DNA from: Cycas panzhihuaensis
Taxonomy: Eukaryota > Plantae > Cycadophyta
DNA length: 64,000 bases
Direction: 5' to 3'
Assembly: GCA_023213395.1 (NCBI GenBank)
Contig: CM041465.1
Span: forward strand, 164,307,741 to 164,371,740
Shown: in pieces, positions 25,964 through 38,900 of the stretch
How the letters are laid out: each line of letters opens with the position of its first letter
How positions within the stretch are numbered: position 1 is the first letter of the stretch
The notes under the pieces: model-generated
What the model was told of the DNA's origin: nothing
The model's input: the letters and a program-made list of their open reading frames with translations, nothing else
Databases searched by the model: none
Made by a program: the position numbers and the translations under genes

Positions 25964-28900
25964 TATTACAAGCCCAATGTGAAGTCAATTTAAAAGAGAG
26001 AATAAGAAGTCATTTTTTTTAGAAAGAAAATAAGTAGGCCTTTAGGTATTTTTATAAATAAGGAAGGTATAATCATTTATTATCGTCTTTGGATTATTAC
26101 TTATCTTATTAGGATAATGGTCTAAAGCCATTGAGGGACTATTGTGCCTTGGGAGGATCCCCTCATCTAAAAGAGGGCTACTATTTTGAAAATCTCATAT
26201 GATATTTTATATTTCTAAATTTTCTATCATTAAATTAAAGTGAGTACACAATTGTTGTAAGCTTAATATGAAGTTGGTTTTAAGGAAAAGAATAAGAAGT
26301 TAATTTTTTAGAGAGCGAATAAATAGGCCTTAGCTTATTATTATAAATAAGGGAGCCCTAGTCAAATATCATCATATTTGGATTATTATTTATTTTGTTA
26401 GAATAATGGCATAAAGCCATTATGGCACTATGGTGCCTTAGGAAGATCCCCTTGGCTCGAAGAGGGCTACTATTTTGAGAAACTCATTTGATAATTTATA
26501 TTTTTAAAAATATTATTATATTTTAAATTTAATATTATATTGTTACTCCATTGTGGATATAGTTTCACTATGATATTTTGATTTATTTTTTAATTCTTGT
26601 TATTAAATTTCATGGTCTTTGCTATAACTAGTATCAGAGCATAGTTTTGGATAATTAGAGTTTTATCGAAGATTTGTAATATTGGAGGTGTAAATAAATG
26701 AATTTAGAAAAGGTAACTATATATTTGAAATGACCAGACCTATATCATAAATTTTGATTAGTTATACTAAATGATTTAGAAGAAATTTGTGAAAGTTATG
26801 AGGGTTTCAATGTTGAGCTATTGAGCTCTTATAATCATTATCTATAAGATTAAAATATCTCAATTTTAATTAACTATAACAAAGGTTATAGGCATCTGAC
26901 TAGATTAAATATGTTTTAAATAAGTGGTCCTTGGAGTCTACTTTCTACTATAAATGGTTTTAGTTCAATTAGATATCAAGATTAAAAGTTATCTTCATTT
27001 TAGTAACATGTACAATTATAATATCTAAAATGCTAAATTTTGATCCACATTAAAAGGGCCATAACTTCTACTATAAGTATTAGAATATACCATTTGAATC
27101 GTTAGAATCCTAGTCTAGAGGTCTTTCAAATGAGTTATCACTTGAAAATTTTTTACATAATATTTATAAGAGAAATTACCATCCAAATTACATTAAAAAA
27201 TTGAAATGATTAATAGTTAGTGCAGATTAAACCATTCAAGATGGATAATAATGTGTAGACTATCTTAGAAATGTTAGAGGATTTAGAAAAAAGGCATTGG
27301 GAAATTTCTTATAAAATTGAGAGGATAGAAAAAGATCCCAGAAAGAGAAATTATAGAAGAACCAATACAATTGCATGGACAATATAGGGATACAAGAGAT
27401 TAGGAGCAAGAAAAACTCACTTGTGAGGAAGTCAAGGTCAAAGAAGAAATAATAAAACACTATGATTTAGATGATGATCAACTTATGAAGGAGTGATGTA
27501 AATCTATTAATGAGCATTTAAAAGAGTATCTAATGGAGATATAAGAATTTGAGTGGTATGAAGAATAACCTAAGCATCCCAAGAAAGGGTCTAAGTAATC
27601 AAGAAAATCTAACAAGGTATTCAACATGGTTTTTAATATCATTTTGCATATATCCATTCCCTTTAGTAGTTTTATTATTTCTTTTTATTGTCCTCATTAT
27701 ATATATTTTAAAAGCCCTCCAACGCATGTTTAAAAATATCCTATAGTTGAATTTATCAATTTCTAATTCCTTATAGAAGAATTCTCAATTCAACTTTAGT
27801 CCCATCATCCAAGTCCTAATTTCCACACAATTTCATCTCTTAGGAAGTCACCTCTACACCCTTTCTAAGACCCTTAACAAAACCCCTTTCCCATAAAGAG
27901 TGTCCAACACTAATTCTGTATCCATCCCTTATTAAATTTTTATCTCTTAAGATTGTTGATCACTACTATTGCAATCATTCTTTATTTCCCATTATATTTT
28001 TTCCCACAAATTACTCTTTTATCTATTACCCTGCTAAGATCTCTAGAAATCCAACTAATCAATTACTCATCGTGACCCATAATCTTATGTGTACCCTATG
28101 TCAAATCAATTTCCGAATTACATATGCCTCTCAACATATATTTCCTATGCCCCTACTTCCCACACATACAAAATGCTTGCTAATCATGTCATTAATGTCC
28201 ACATTTCCTTTATTATCCAATCTTTCTTATGAAATGGTTAATATTTATAAGAAATACCTGTTATGTGACCATCATATCTATTCTTACCACTTTATTGCTT
28301 ATTCTCCATACATACCTATTTCTTCTCCATAAACATTTTCAACATTTGTAATCCCCCACTCTTTCCCTCCATCTATTTCAATATAGTCCTCCTTTTAAAG
28401 TTAAAAACTTATGGACAAAATATGTAAACAAAAAATAGGTTTTCAATTAGGTGTTCTTAGTAATATACAAGTTCTAGGACTATTTTTATACAAATAGAGA
28501 TACAAACTCATCTGGTTCTAAAAGAAAATAATTACATGCATACATTACACATCAATTATTTCCATAAGATTGTATAAGGACAGAAAAAATTATTATGATA
28601 TATAGGCCTTAGTAGATGGTGGATTGAAGATCAAGTAGAAAGTGGTTCTAAACAATTCCTCATGCAATATTTATACTTCAAGAGTAGAGTATTTTAAGGG
28701 GAGGAGAGTTGTTACAAGCTTAATATGAAGTCAATTTTAAAAGAGAAAATAAGAAGTCTTTTCTTTATAGAGAAAATAAGTAGGCCTTCACCTATTTCTA
28801 TAAATAAGAGAACCTTAATCATTTATCATCATCTTTGGATTATTATTTATTTTATTGGGACAATGGGATAAATCCATTCTGGCACTATGGTGCCTTGGGA

Positions 28901-29082
28901 GGATCCCCTTACCACAAGGAGGGCTACAATTCTAAGAAACATATGATAATTTTGTATTTTTTGAAATATTATTTTATTGTAAATTTAATATTATGTTGTT
29001 ACTCCATTGTGGGCATGATTTCACTCTTATATTCTATTTTATTTTTAAATTTCTATCATTAAATATCGTGTGCTTCACTACA
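25964..29082 (+). mobile_element. Decayed, internally deleted LTR element (probably Ty3/gypsy) with three LTR copies
   Basis: LTRs at 25964-~26236 (partial), 26253-26626 and 28710-29082; PBS TAGTATCAGAGC 26629-26640; PPT AAGGGGAGGAGAG before 28710; TSD TGCAA/TGTAA. Confidence 0.8.
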
Positions 29083-29087
29083 TGTAA

Positions 29088-31545
29088 TATGAGAATATTC
29101 TAAAGGACAACAATGTTGGAAATTTCTCTAGGGATTTTTTAGCTAAATTTAAGAGGAAGAAACCATTTATTCTCAAGAAGAAGCAGAGCCCACAGAAATA
29201 GATTATTTAGAAGAAATAACAAAAGTTGTGTTATTATTACAACAAACCAGATCACTTCAAAAACTATTGTAAGAAGTTATAGGTTGATCAATATAATTAG
29301 AAGAAGAGTGATCAATAGAACTAGAGAAACAAGAAACTATAGTCGAGACACTTTTTTTTGTCATACTTTATGCTTAAGTGACAAGGAAAAGGAGCTCTTC
29401 ATGGAAGATTCAGAAACAAATCATAAATTATATGATGTTTGGTATATTGGTTCAAGATCTTGTAGATACATGACAAGCATGCTTGAATGGTTTAGACACA
29501 CAGAGGAGACTATTGGATAGATAATCACCTTGGGGGACAACAAAGTGTTGAGAACATAGAAGGCATAGGAGAGGTTCTAACCATTACACCTGATGGAAAG
29601 AACTACTACATGAAGGATATGATGTATATGTTAAGATTGAAAAAACATTTAATCTCCATTAACTAGATTGAAGATAATGAGATTTGTATTCTTTTCAAGG
29701 ATGGAAAGGCTATTATCAATGACTGTGATAAGAAAGTCATAGTCGAAGGTGTTAGAGATGGTGGTCTTTATCGACTCTTAAAAAAATCTGTAAACCAAAG
29801 AGCTCTTACTATTGATGTAACTTGTAAAAATTAATTATTACATTAAAAAATTTGACATTTACACTACTCTTGTCTTTATTTAATATATAAATTAAAAATG
29901 GCTTATGGTCTTCTAGAATTAAAACCAAATAATACTTTGTGTGAACTTTATATCATGGAAAAAATAGCATAGCGAGAAGTTTTAGAAAGACAAAGCTTTA
30001 GGAGCAATAGAGAAGCTTGGTTATGTCTACTCAAACATCTATGGTATGAGACCAACCACTTCTATTGAAGATGCAAGATATTTCTTGACCTTTGTTGATG
30101 ATTTTTTGAGGAAATTTTGATATATTCCATAATTAAGAAATCCTAAACCTTTGATATTTTAAGGGAATTCAAGGAAAAAATAGAGAATAAAAGTGGTTAA
30201 AGGTTGGAAATTCTCAAATTATGCAATAGAGGAAAATACACCTCCAAAGCATTTGTGCAATTTTATAAGGACCATGAAATCAAGAAATAATTGACAACAA
30301 CATATACACCTCACATAATGGAGTTACTAAAAGGATGAATAAGATTTTAGTTGAAAAGTCAAATCGATGATAAAAGGGAGAAATCTCTCAGTCTTTTTTT
30401 AAAAAGTAATTTACATAATAATGTATTTAACAAGCCATAATTCCATAAAGGCTATATAGAACATGACACTAAAGGAAGCTTGGGTGGGTAGCAAACTAAC
30501 AGTGATCCATCTAAAAACGTTTAAGAGCACTACATACATGCTTGTTCCAAAGGAAAAGTGTCACAAAATTAATGATAAAAGTTCCAACCATATCTTCATC
30601 AGGTATTATAAAGAGTGTAAGGTGTATTAGGTGTTTGAGTTGGCAACCAAAAAGGTTCATACAACTTAGGATGTTATTATTGAAGAAGGTGATAAGTAGG
30701 ATACAAACTTGGATACTTTGAAGATGTGATAAGATAAAGGGATGAATATTAAGGAGCAACCTGAATATGATTTTTGAAGAGAAAATTTTATTAAGCTTAA
30801 ATATAAGCTAGAACTAGTTAGTACACTAACTTAAGTTGAGTTGGAAGGTAAGGAGGAGCACTAAGATGTGTAATCTAAGGTCACTTTACCTACTAAGAAA
30901 CTTCCTAAATGGTATCTAAAGACCATTGTAGAAGCTCAAGAATAAGTTGATAATGGAACTAGATTCAATCAAATTTTCTTTAATGGTAGAGCTTCTTAAT
31001 GCTAATGATTCTTCAAGTTTTGAGGAGGTGTGTTATGAATAGTAGTGGAGAATAAAAATGGATGATGAAATCTATGTTGTGAAGTGGAAAAAAACTTGAA
31101 ACTTAGTTAAATTACTAGTAAAAAAGCAAGCAATTGATTGTAGATGGGTTTATAAGACCAAACACAAGTCTAATGGCTCAACTAATAAGTGAAAGCTAAA
31201 ATGGTAGTTAAAGGTTCCGAGTAAGTAGAAGGTATTGATTACTAGGAAACATTTGCTTCAATAGTAACAATGGTAGGAATGAGACCAATACTAGTAATAG
31301 ATAGTTAGTATAAATGGTAGGTATATTAGCTTGATGTCAAGAGCACCTTCCTTAACGATAATCTTATATAAGAAGTCTATCTAGAGTAACCACTTTGGTA
31401 TATTATAAAAAAGAAAGAATAGCTTATGTGCCACTTAAAGGAAACTTTGTATGGGTTAAAGTAAGCTCTAAGAGTTTGGTATTTCAAGATTGATTAGTAT
31501 TTTCTATAGAATGAATTTAAGAGATCACTGATTGATTCAAAATTT
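29088..31545 (+). pseudogene. Copia C gag C-terminus, protease, integrase and RT N-terminal half
   Basis: WYIGSRSCRYMT (29284-29520 ORF); FLTFVDDFLRK (~30081); LDVKSTFLND (~31330). Confidence 0.88.
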
Positions 31546-31577
31546 TGAAGGATTTTCTAAGAAGCTCTAATACCAAA

Positions 31578-31911
31578 TGAAGGATTTGAAAGCATGGAGA
31601 CTGAGTAGAGCAATAAGCAAATAATCAACCCATTATTAAGTATGAGCACAAACCAAATATCTTTATTCAAGCCATGTTTGAGAGTGTGTACATATTTTCA
31701 AATGAAGGTGGTTTCTAAAGACATCAAAGTTTATCACCTTAGTAAATATATAGTTTAAGGGAGGAGGGAAACCTTCTCAACCTCTAAAATTTAAAATATA
31801 TTAAAATAATGCTTAACTAAAGTAACACTTAAACTTAGCTTACTTACCTTCACATGTGTGCACTCACATGTGTAAATGGTAGGAGTGTGGTGATAAACAT
31901 TAACCCCAGCA
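31578..31911 (-). repeat. 3' LTR of the gag-only element
   Basis: TG...CA; aligns with the split copy at 45412-45506/57457-57695; contains two CACATGTG palindromes. Confidence 0.92.
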
Positions 31912-31942
31912 TTCTCCTTTTTAATAGTCATCACGAACATCT

Positions 31943-32581
31943 TCAATTTTCTTTAAACTTGCGGTACATGTATTTGAGGTAGGCTTTGAGTAAGTAATTG
32001 ACCAAATGCCCTTTCACTTTGTCTTCATCTTTATGCATCTTTGTCCTTATATAGTGGTTTCCTTCAACATAGTTTGGTTCAACCGATCTCCAAGTGGGTG
32101 TGACTTGCTTCAAATAGAGAAGAGTGGCTACATCTTTTACTTTATCTTTTGGAATCTTTGTTACACCATTATCATGTGCGTCAATATGATTATTCATTGG
32201 ATTTGAGTCTTATACATTAGTCTTTTCAACATAAAAAATCTGCTCTGACATCTGTCTCATATGTGTAATATCATCATAGTTAAATTCATTCAAATTGAGG
32301 GTTTCTCCCCCATAAATAAATTCTAGTGTGTTCTAAATAGATTTGGATGTAGTTAATTCACCAACATTAGTGAATACATCATCATTTATTATACTAAAGA
32401 TTAAAGTTATGATTTCATTATCATTTCTTAGGTTTTCTTTAAAATTTTTCTCTTCCTCTAAGTAATTATATGCAACAAATTTCTAAATATATTTTGCAAT
32501 AAGAAGTATTTTCAATAATCTTTTCCATACATAAAAATTGGTCCCATCATGTGTGGGAATTAACACATCATCCAAATACAT
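31943..32581 (-). pseudogene. Short copia-type gag (~212 codons, 3 in-frame stops)
   Basis: MYLDDVLIPTHDGTNFYVWKRLLKILL...ELTTSKSI*NTLEFIYG, continuing in frame into ORF 31943-32197. Confidence 0.8.
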
Positions 32582-32947
32582 GGTTATTTGTAATACATTT
32601 AGTTTATGAGCTCGAATGAATAAATGAAGACCTTTAATGTATGAATAACATAAAGTGGACAATCAATGTTTTTCAACAAATATAAATCCCTTAATCAAGG
32701 TAAGAAAGTAATGCGATCAAATGCATATCTTTTTTTGAGACAAACGTTTTCTTTTTTCATAGAACTAAATCAATTAATGAGTCTTTTTACTTCTAAATAA
32801 TCAAAAGAGTGCTAAATGATATGCAACCTAGTTTTTAATTTGATATGATATAGAGAAACAAGGATCTTGCTCTTTTGATGCTTTAACCATGAAAATATGA
32901 AATCTAACTACTTTTAATGATACAGAGATAAATATTCAATGATATTA

Positions 32948-35900
32948 TTCAACTAAGCTTGAATCTTTTAAAGCTAAGGAGTAGCTAAAGCAAAATGAAT
33001 GACCTTTATGTCAATATAAAATGAAGTATGCTAGATTATGGAGATGATTAACTATCCTTTTAAAAGTAGTATATTCCTTTCAAAGTAGTAAAAAATTAAA
33101 AATCTAAAGTGTAATCTTTGCTTTAGATGATATAAATATATGAAAATAACAAGTGTTTACCAAGAAATATAGAAAATAAACAAATTGTACCTATTTAGTA
33201 AGGTAGCTTCACTTAGCTTGCAGATAGCTTGAAGTACTGAAAATCTAGCTTCATGTTGTAAAAAACTTTAAAAAAATCTAAACAAAGAATAATAATAGCT
33301 TTAAGAATAAATTGTTAGTGATCAATAATATAGACATAATGTTTTTGAGATAATGTAATACTTAAAAAGTTATAAGATAAGGTTTATAAAGACTAAATAA
33401 GAAGCTAAAAATAACTAGCTTCAAACACCTACCAAATGATGCCAGAATTGAGTGAAACCTATTTTATACTGAAGAATATTGAATGACCTTTCTAACGGAT
33501 TTGACTATTCAAAAAATTGATTCCTGAAACTCAAGATTTTAAAGAATATGTGTAGAAACCCTTTTTAGGACTTAAACAGGAGCCACGAGATTGAAATACT
33601 GTAAAATTTGGATTATAACTTTATAAAAAGATGTAAAACTGCTCACATATAGATTGAAAACCTTTAAATGTAACTTATGCCAAAATATCTTGAAGAAAAT
33701 ACTTTTAAAAAAAGTTGAATAATGAAGAACTAGGTTTGATTAAGTACTTTAACTTCACCAGCCTGAAATAATTACAAAACAACTTCAAATCACTAAAAAA
33801 TATATATCAGTGTGAAGAGGGTTGAACTCGCTTTCCAACAAAGCTAACAGTTCAAAAAATGGATATCAGATGAGAAAGTTATAATGAAAATAGTGAAGGA
33901 ACCTATTTATAATTAACAAAATAGAGGTTAAAAAAATGGGTCACTTCAAGCTATTAAATCTTAATCAAAACAGCTCTAAATCTAGTAAATGACTAGTCCA
34001 CGGTGAAGCTCACTGAATAACAGTCACGATGAGACTAGTTTCACAAAAAACTGCTAACCCAGTAAGGAGATAGAGTATGAAATACCCCAGTTACCCCTTT
34101 TGAGTAATAAATAAAAAATATACAAAAGGAAATCTTAATATATACTTATTAGCCCCTTTGATAGACAGCTTATGGTCATATGCTAGAGCACAAAACTAGG
34201 GGCTAATTGTTTAAAATGGGCTAACTTCTTTAAACGCTCAGATCTCAAACTATATACAAATAAATTTTATTAAAAAATAAACTTTATAAAAAAAAATAAA
34301 AGTTTCGACGTTCAATTCAACTAAGCTTGAATCTTTCAAAGCTAAGGAGTAGCTAAAGCAAAATGAATGACCTTTATGTCAATATAAAATGAAGTATGCT
34401 AGATTATGGAGATGATTAGCTATCCTTTTAAAAGTAGTATATTCCTTTTAAAGTAGTAAAAAATTAAAAATCTAAAGTGTACTCTTTGCTTTAGATGATA
34501 GAAATATATGAAAATAACAAGTGTTTACTAAGAAATATAGAAAATAAACAAATTGTACCTATTTAGTAAGGTAGCTTCACTTAGCTTATGAGATAGCTTG
34601 AAATCTTGAAAATCTAGCTTCATGTTGTAAAAACTTTAAAAATCCAAACAAAGAATAATAATAGCTTTAAGAATAAATTGTTAGTGATCAATAATATAGA
34701 CATAATGTTTTGAGACAATGTAATACTTAAAAGTTATAAGATAAGGTTTATAAGGACTAAATAAGAAGCTAAAAATAACTAGCTTCAAACACCTACCAAA
34801 TGATGCCAGAATTGAGTGAAACCTATTTTATACTGAAGAATATTGAATGACCTTTCTAATGGATTTGACTATTCAAAAAATTGATTCCTAAAACTCAAGA
34901 TTTTAAAGAATAGGTGTAGAAACCCTTTTTAGGACTTAAACAGGAGCCACGAGACTGAAATACTATAAAATTCAGATTATAACTTTATAAAAAGATGTAA
35001 AACTGCTCACATATAGATTGAAAACCTTTGAATGCAACTTATGCCAAAATATCTTGAAGAAAATACTTTAAAAAAAAGTTGAATAATGAAGAACTAGGTT
35101 TGATTAAGTACTTTAACTTCACCAGCCTGAAATATTTACAAAACAACTTCAAATCACTTAAAAATATATATCAGTGTGAAGAGGGTTGAAGTCGCTTTCC
35201 AACAAAGCTAACAGTTCAAAAAATGGATATCAGATGAGAAAGTTATAATGAAAATAGTGAAGGAACCTATTTATAATTAACAAAATAGAGGTTAAAAAAA
35301 TGGGTCACTTCAAGCTATTAAATCTTAATCAAAACAGCTCTAAATCTAGTAAATGACTAGTCCATGGTGAAGCTCACTGAATAACAGTCACGATGAGACT
35401 AGTTTCACAAAAAACTGCTAACCCGATGGGAGATAGAGTATGAAATACCCAGTTACCCCTTTCGAGTAATAAATAAAAAATATATAAAAGGAAATTTTAA
35501 TATATACTTATTAGCCCCTTTGATAGGCAGTTTATGGTCATATGCTAGAGCACAAAACTAGGGGCTAATTGTTTAAAATGGGCTAACTTCTTTAAACGCT
35601 CAGATCTTACACTATATACAAATAAATTTTATTAAAAAATAAACTTTATAAAAAAAAATAAAAGTTTCGATGTTCAATTCAACTAAGCTTGAATCTTTCA
35701 AAGCTAAGGAGTAGCTAAAGCAAAATGAATGACCTTTATGTCAATATAAAATGAAGTATGCTAGATTATGGAGATGATTAGCTATCCTTTTAAAAGTAGT
35801 ATATTCCTTTTAAAGTAGTAAAAAATTAAAAATCTAAAGTGTACTCTTTGCTTTAGATGATAGAAATATATGAAAATAACAAGTGTTTACTAAGAAATAT

Positions 35901-38900
35901 AGAAAATAAACAAATTGTACCTATTTAGTAAGGTAGCTTCACTTAGCTTGCAGATAGCTTGAAATCGAAAATCTAGCTTCATGTTGTAAAAAACTTTAAA
36001 AAAATCCAAACAAAGAATAATAATAGCTTTAAGAATAAATTGTTAGTGATCAATAATATAGACATAATGTTTTTGAGACAATGTAATACTTAAAAAGTTA
36101 TAAGATAAGGTTTATAAGGACTAAATAAGAAGCTAAAAATAACTAGCTTCAAACACCTACCAAATGATGCCAGAATTGAGTGAAACCTATTTTATACTGA
36201 AGAATATTGAATGACCTTTCTAATGGATTTGACTATTCAAAAAATTGATTCCTAAAACTCAAGATTTTAAAGAATAGGTGTAGAAACCCTTTTTAGGACT
36301 TAAACAGGAGCCACGAGACTGAAATACTATAAAATTCAGATTATAACTTTATAAAAAGATGTAAAGCGCTCACATATAGATTGAAAACCTTTGAATGCAA
36401 CTTATGCCAAAATATCTTGAAGAAAATACTTTAAAAAAAAGTTGAATAATGAAGAACTAGGTTTGATTAAGTACTTTAACTTCACCAGCCTGAAATATTT
36501 ACAAAACAACTTCAAATCACTTAAAATATATATATCGGTGAAGAGGGTTGAAGTCGCTTTCCAACAAAGCTAACAGTTCAAAAAATGGATATCAGATGAG
36601 AAAGTTATAATGAAAATAGTGAAGGAACCTATTTATAATTAACAAAATAGAGGTTAAAAAAATGGGTCACTTCAAGCTATTAAATCTTAATCAAAACAGC
36701 TCTAAATCTAGTAAATGACTAGTCCATGGTGAAGCTCACTGAATAACAGTCACGATGAGACTAGTTTCACAAAAAACTGCTAACCCAGTAAGGAGATAGA
36801 GTATGAAATACCCCAGTTACCCCTTTCGAGTAATAAATAAAAAATATATAAAAGGAAATTTTAATATATACTTATTAGCCCCTTTGATAGACAGTTTATG
36901 GTCATATGCTAGAGCACAAAACTAGGGGCTAATTGTTTAAAATGGGCTAACTTCTTTAAACGCTCAGATCTTACACTATATACAAATAAATTTTATTAAA
37001 AAATAAACTTTATAAAAAAAAATAAAAGTTTCGATGTTCAATTCAACTAAGCTTGAATCTTTCAAAGCTAAGGAGTAGCTAAAGCAAAATGAATGACCTT
37101 TATGTCAATATAAAATGAAGTATGCTAGATTATGGAGATGATTAGCTATCCTTTTAAAAGTAGTATATTCCTTTTAAAGTAGTAAAAAATTAAAAATCTA
37201 AAGTGTACTCTTTGCTTTAGATGATAGAAATATATGAAAATAACAAGTGTTTACTAAGAAATATAGAAAATAAACAAATTGTACCTATTTAGTAAGGTAG
37301 CTTCACTTAGCTTGCAGATAGCTTGAAGTACTGAAAATCTAGCTTCATGTTGTAAAAAACTTTAAAAAAATCCAAACAAAGAATAATAATAGCTTTAAGA
37401 ATAAATTGTTAGTGATCAATAATATAGACATAATGTTTTTGAGACAATGTAATACTTAAAAAGTTATAAGATAAGGTTTATAAGGACTAAATAAGAAGCT
37501 AAAAATAACTAGCTTCAAACACCTACCAAATGATGCCAGAATTGAGTGAAACCTATTTTATACTGAAGAATATTGAATGACCTTTCTAACGGATTTGACT
37601 ATTCAAAAAATTGATTCCTGAAACTCAAGATTTTAAAGAATAGGTGTAGAAACCCTTTTTAGGACTTAAACAGGAGCCACGAGACTGAAATACTATAAAA
37701 TTTAGATTATAACTTTATAAAAAGATGTAAAACTGCTCACATATAGATTGAAAACCTTTGAATGCAACTTATGCCAAAATACCTTGAAGAAAATACTTTA
37801 AAAAAAAGTTGAATAATGAAGAACTAGGTTTGATTAAGTACTTTAACTTCACCAGCCTGAAATATTTACAAAACAACTTCAAATCACTTAAAAATATATA
37901 TCAGTGTGAAGAGGGTTGAAGTCGCTTTCCAACAAAGCTAACAGTTCAAAAAATGGATATCATATGAGAAAGTTATAATGAAAATAGTGAAGGAACCTAT
38001 TTATAATTAACAAAATAAAGGTTGAAAAAATGGGTCACTTCAAGCCATTAAATCTTAATCAAAACAGATCTAAATCTAGTAAATGACCAGTCCACGGTGA
38101 AGCTCACTGAATAACAGTCACGATGAGACTAGTTTCACAAAAAACTGCTAACCCAGTAAGGAGATAGAGTATGAAATACCCCAGTTACCCCTTTTGAGTA
38201 ATAAATAAAAAATATATAAAAGAAAATTTTAATATATACTTATTAGCCCCTTTGATAGACAACTTATGGTCATATGCTAGAGCACAAAACTAGGGGCTAA
38301 TTGTTTAAAATGGGCTAACTTCTTTAAACGCTCAGATCTCAAACTATATACAAATAAATTTTATTAAAAAATAAACTTTATAAAAAAAAAATAAAAGTTT
38401 TGACGTTCAATTCAACTAAGCTTGAATCTTTCAAAGCTAAGGAGTAGCTAAAGCAAAATGAATGACCTTTATGTCAATATAAAATGAAGTATGCTAGATT
38501 ATGGAGATGATTAGCTATCCTTTTAAAAGTAGTATATTCCTTTCAAAGTAGTAAAAAATTAAAAATCTAAAGTGTAATATTTGCTTTAGATGATAGAAAT
38601 ATATGAAAATAACAAGTGTTTACCAAGAAATATAGAAAATAAACAAATTGTACCTATTTAGTAAGGTAGCTTCACTTAGCTTGCAGATAGCTTGAAATCT
38701 TGAAAATCTAGCTTCATGTTGTAAAAAACTTTAAAAAAATCTAAACAAAGAATAATAATAGCTTTAAGAATAAATTGTTAGTGATTAATAATATAGACAT
38801 AATGTTTTTGAGACAATGTAATACTTAAAAAGTTATAAGATAAGGTTTATAAGGACTAAATAAGAAGCTAAAAATAACTAGCTTCAAACACCTACCAAAT

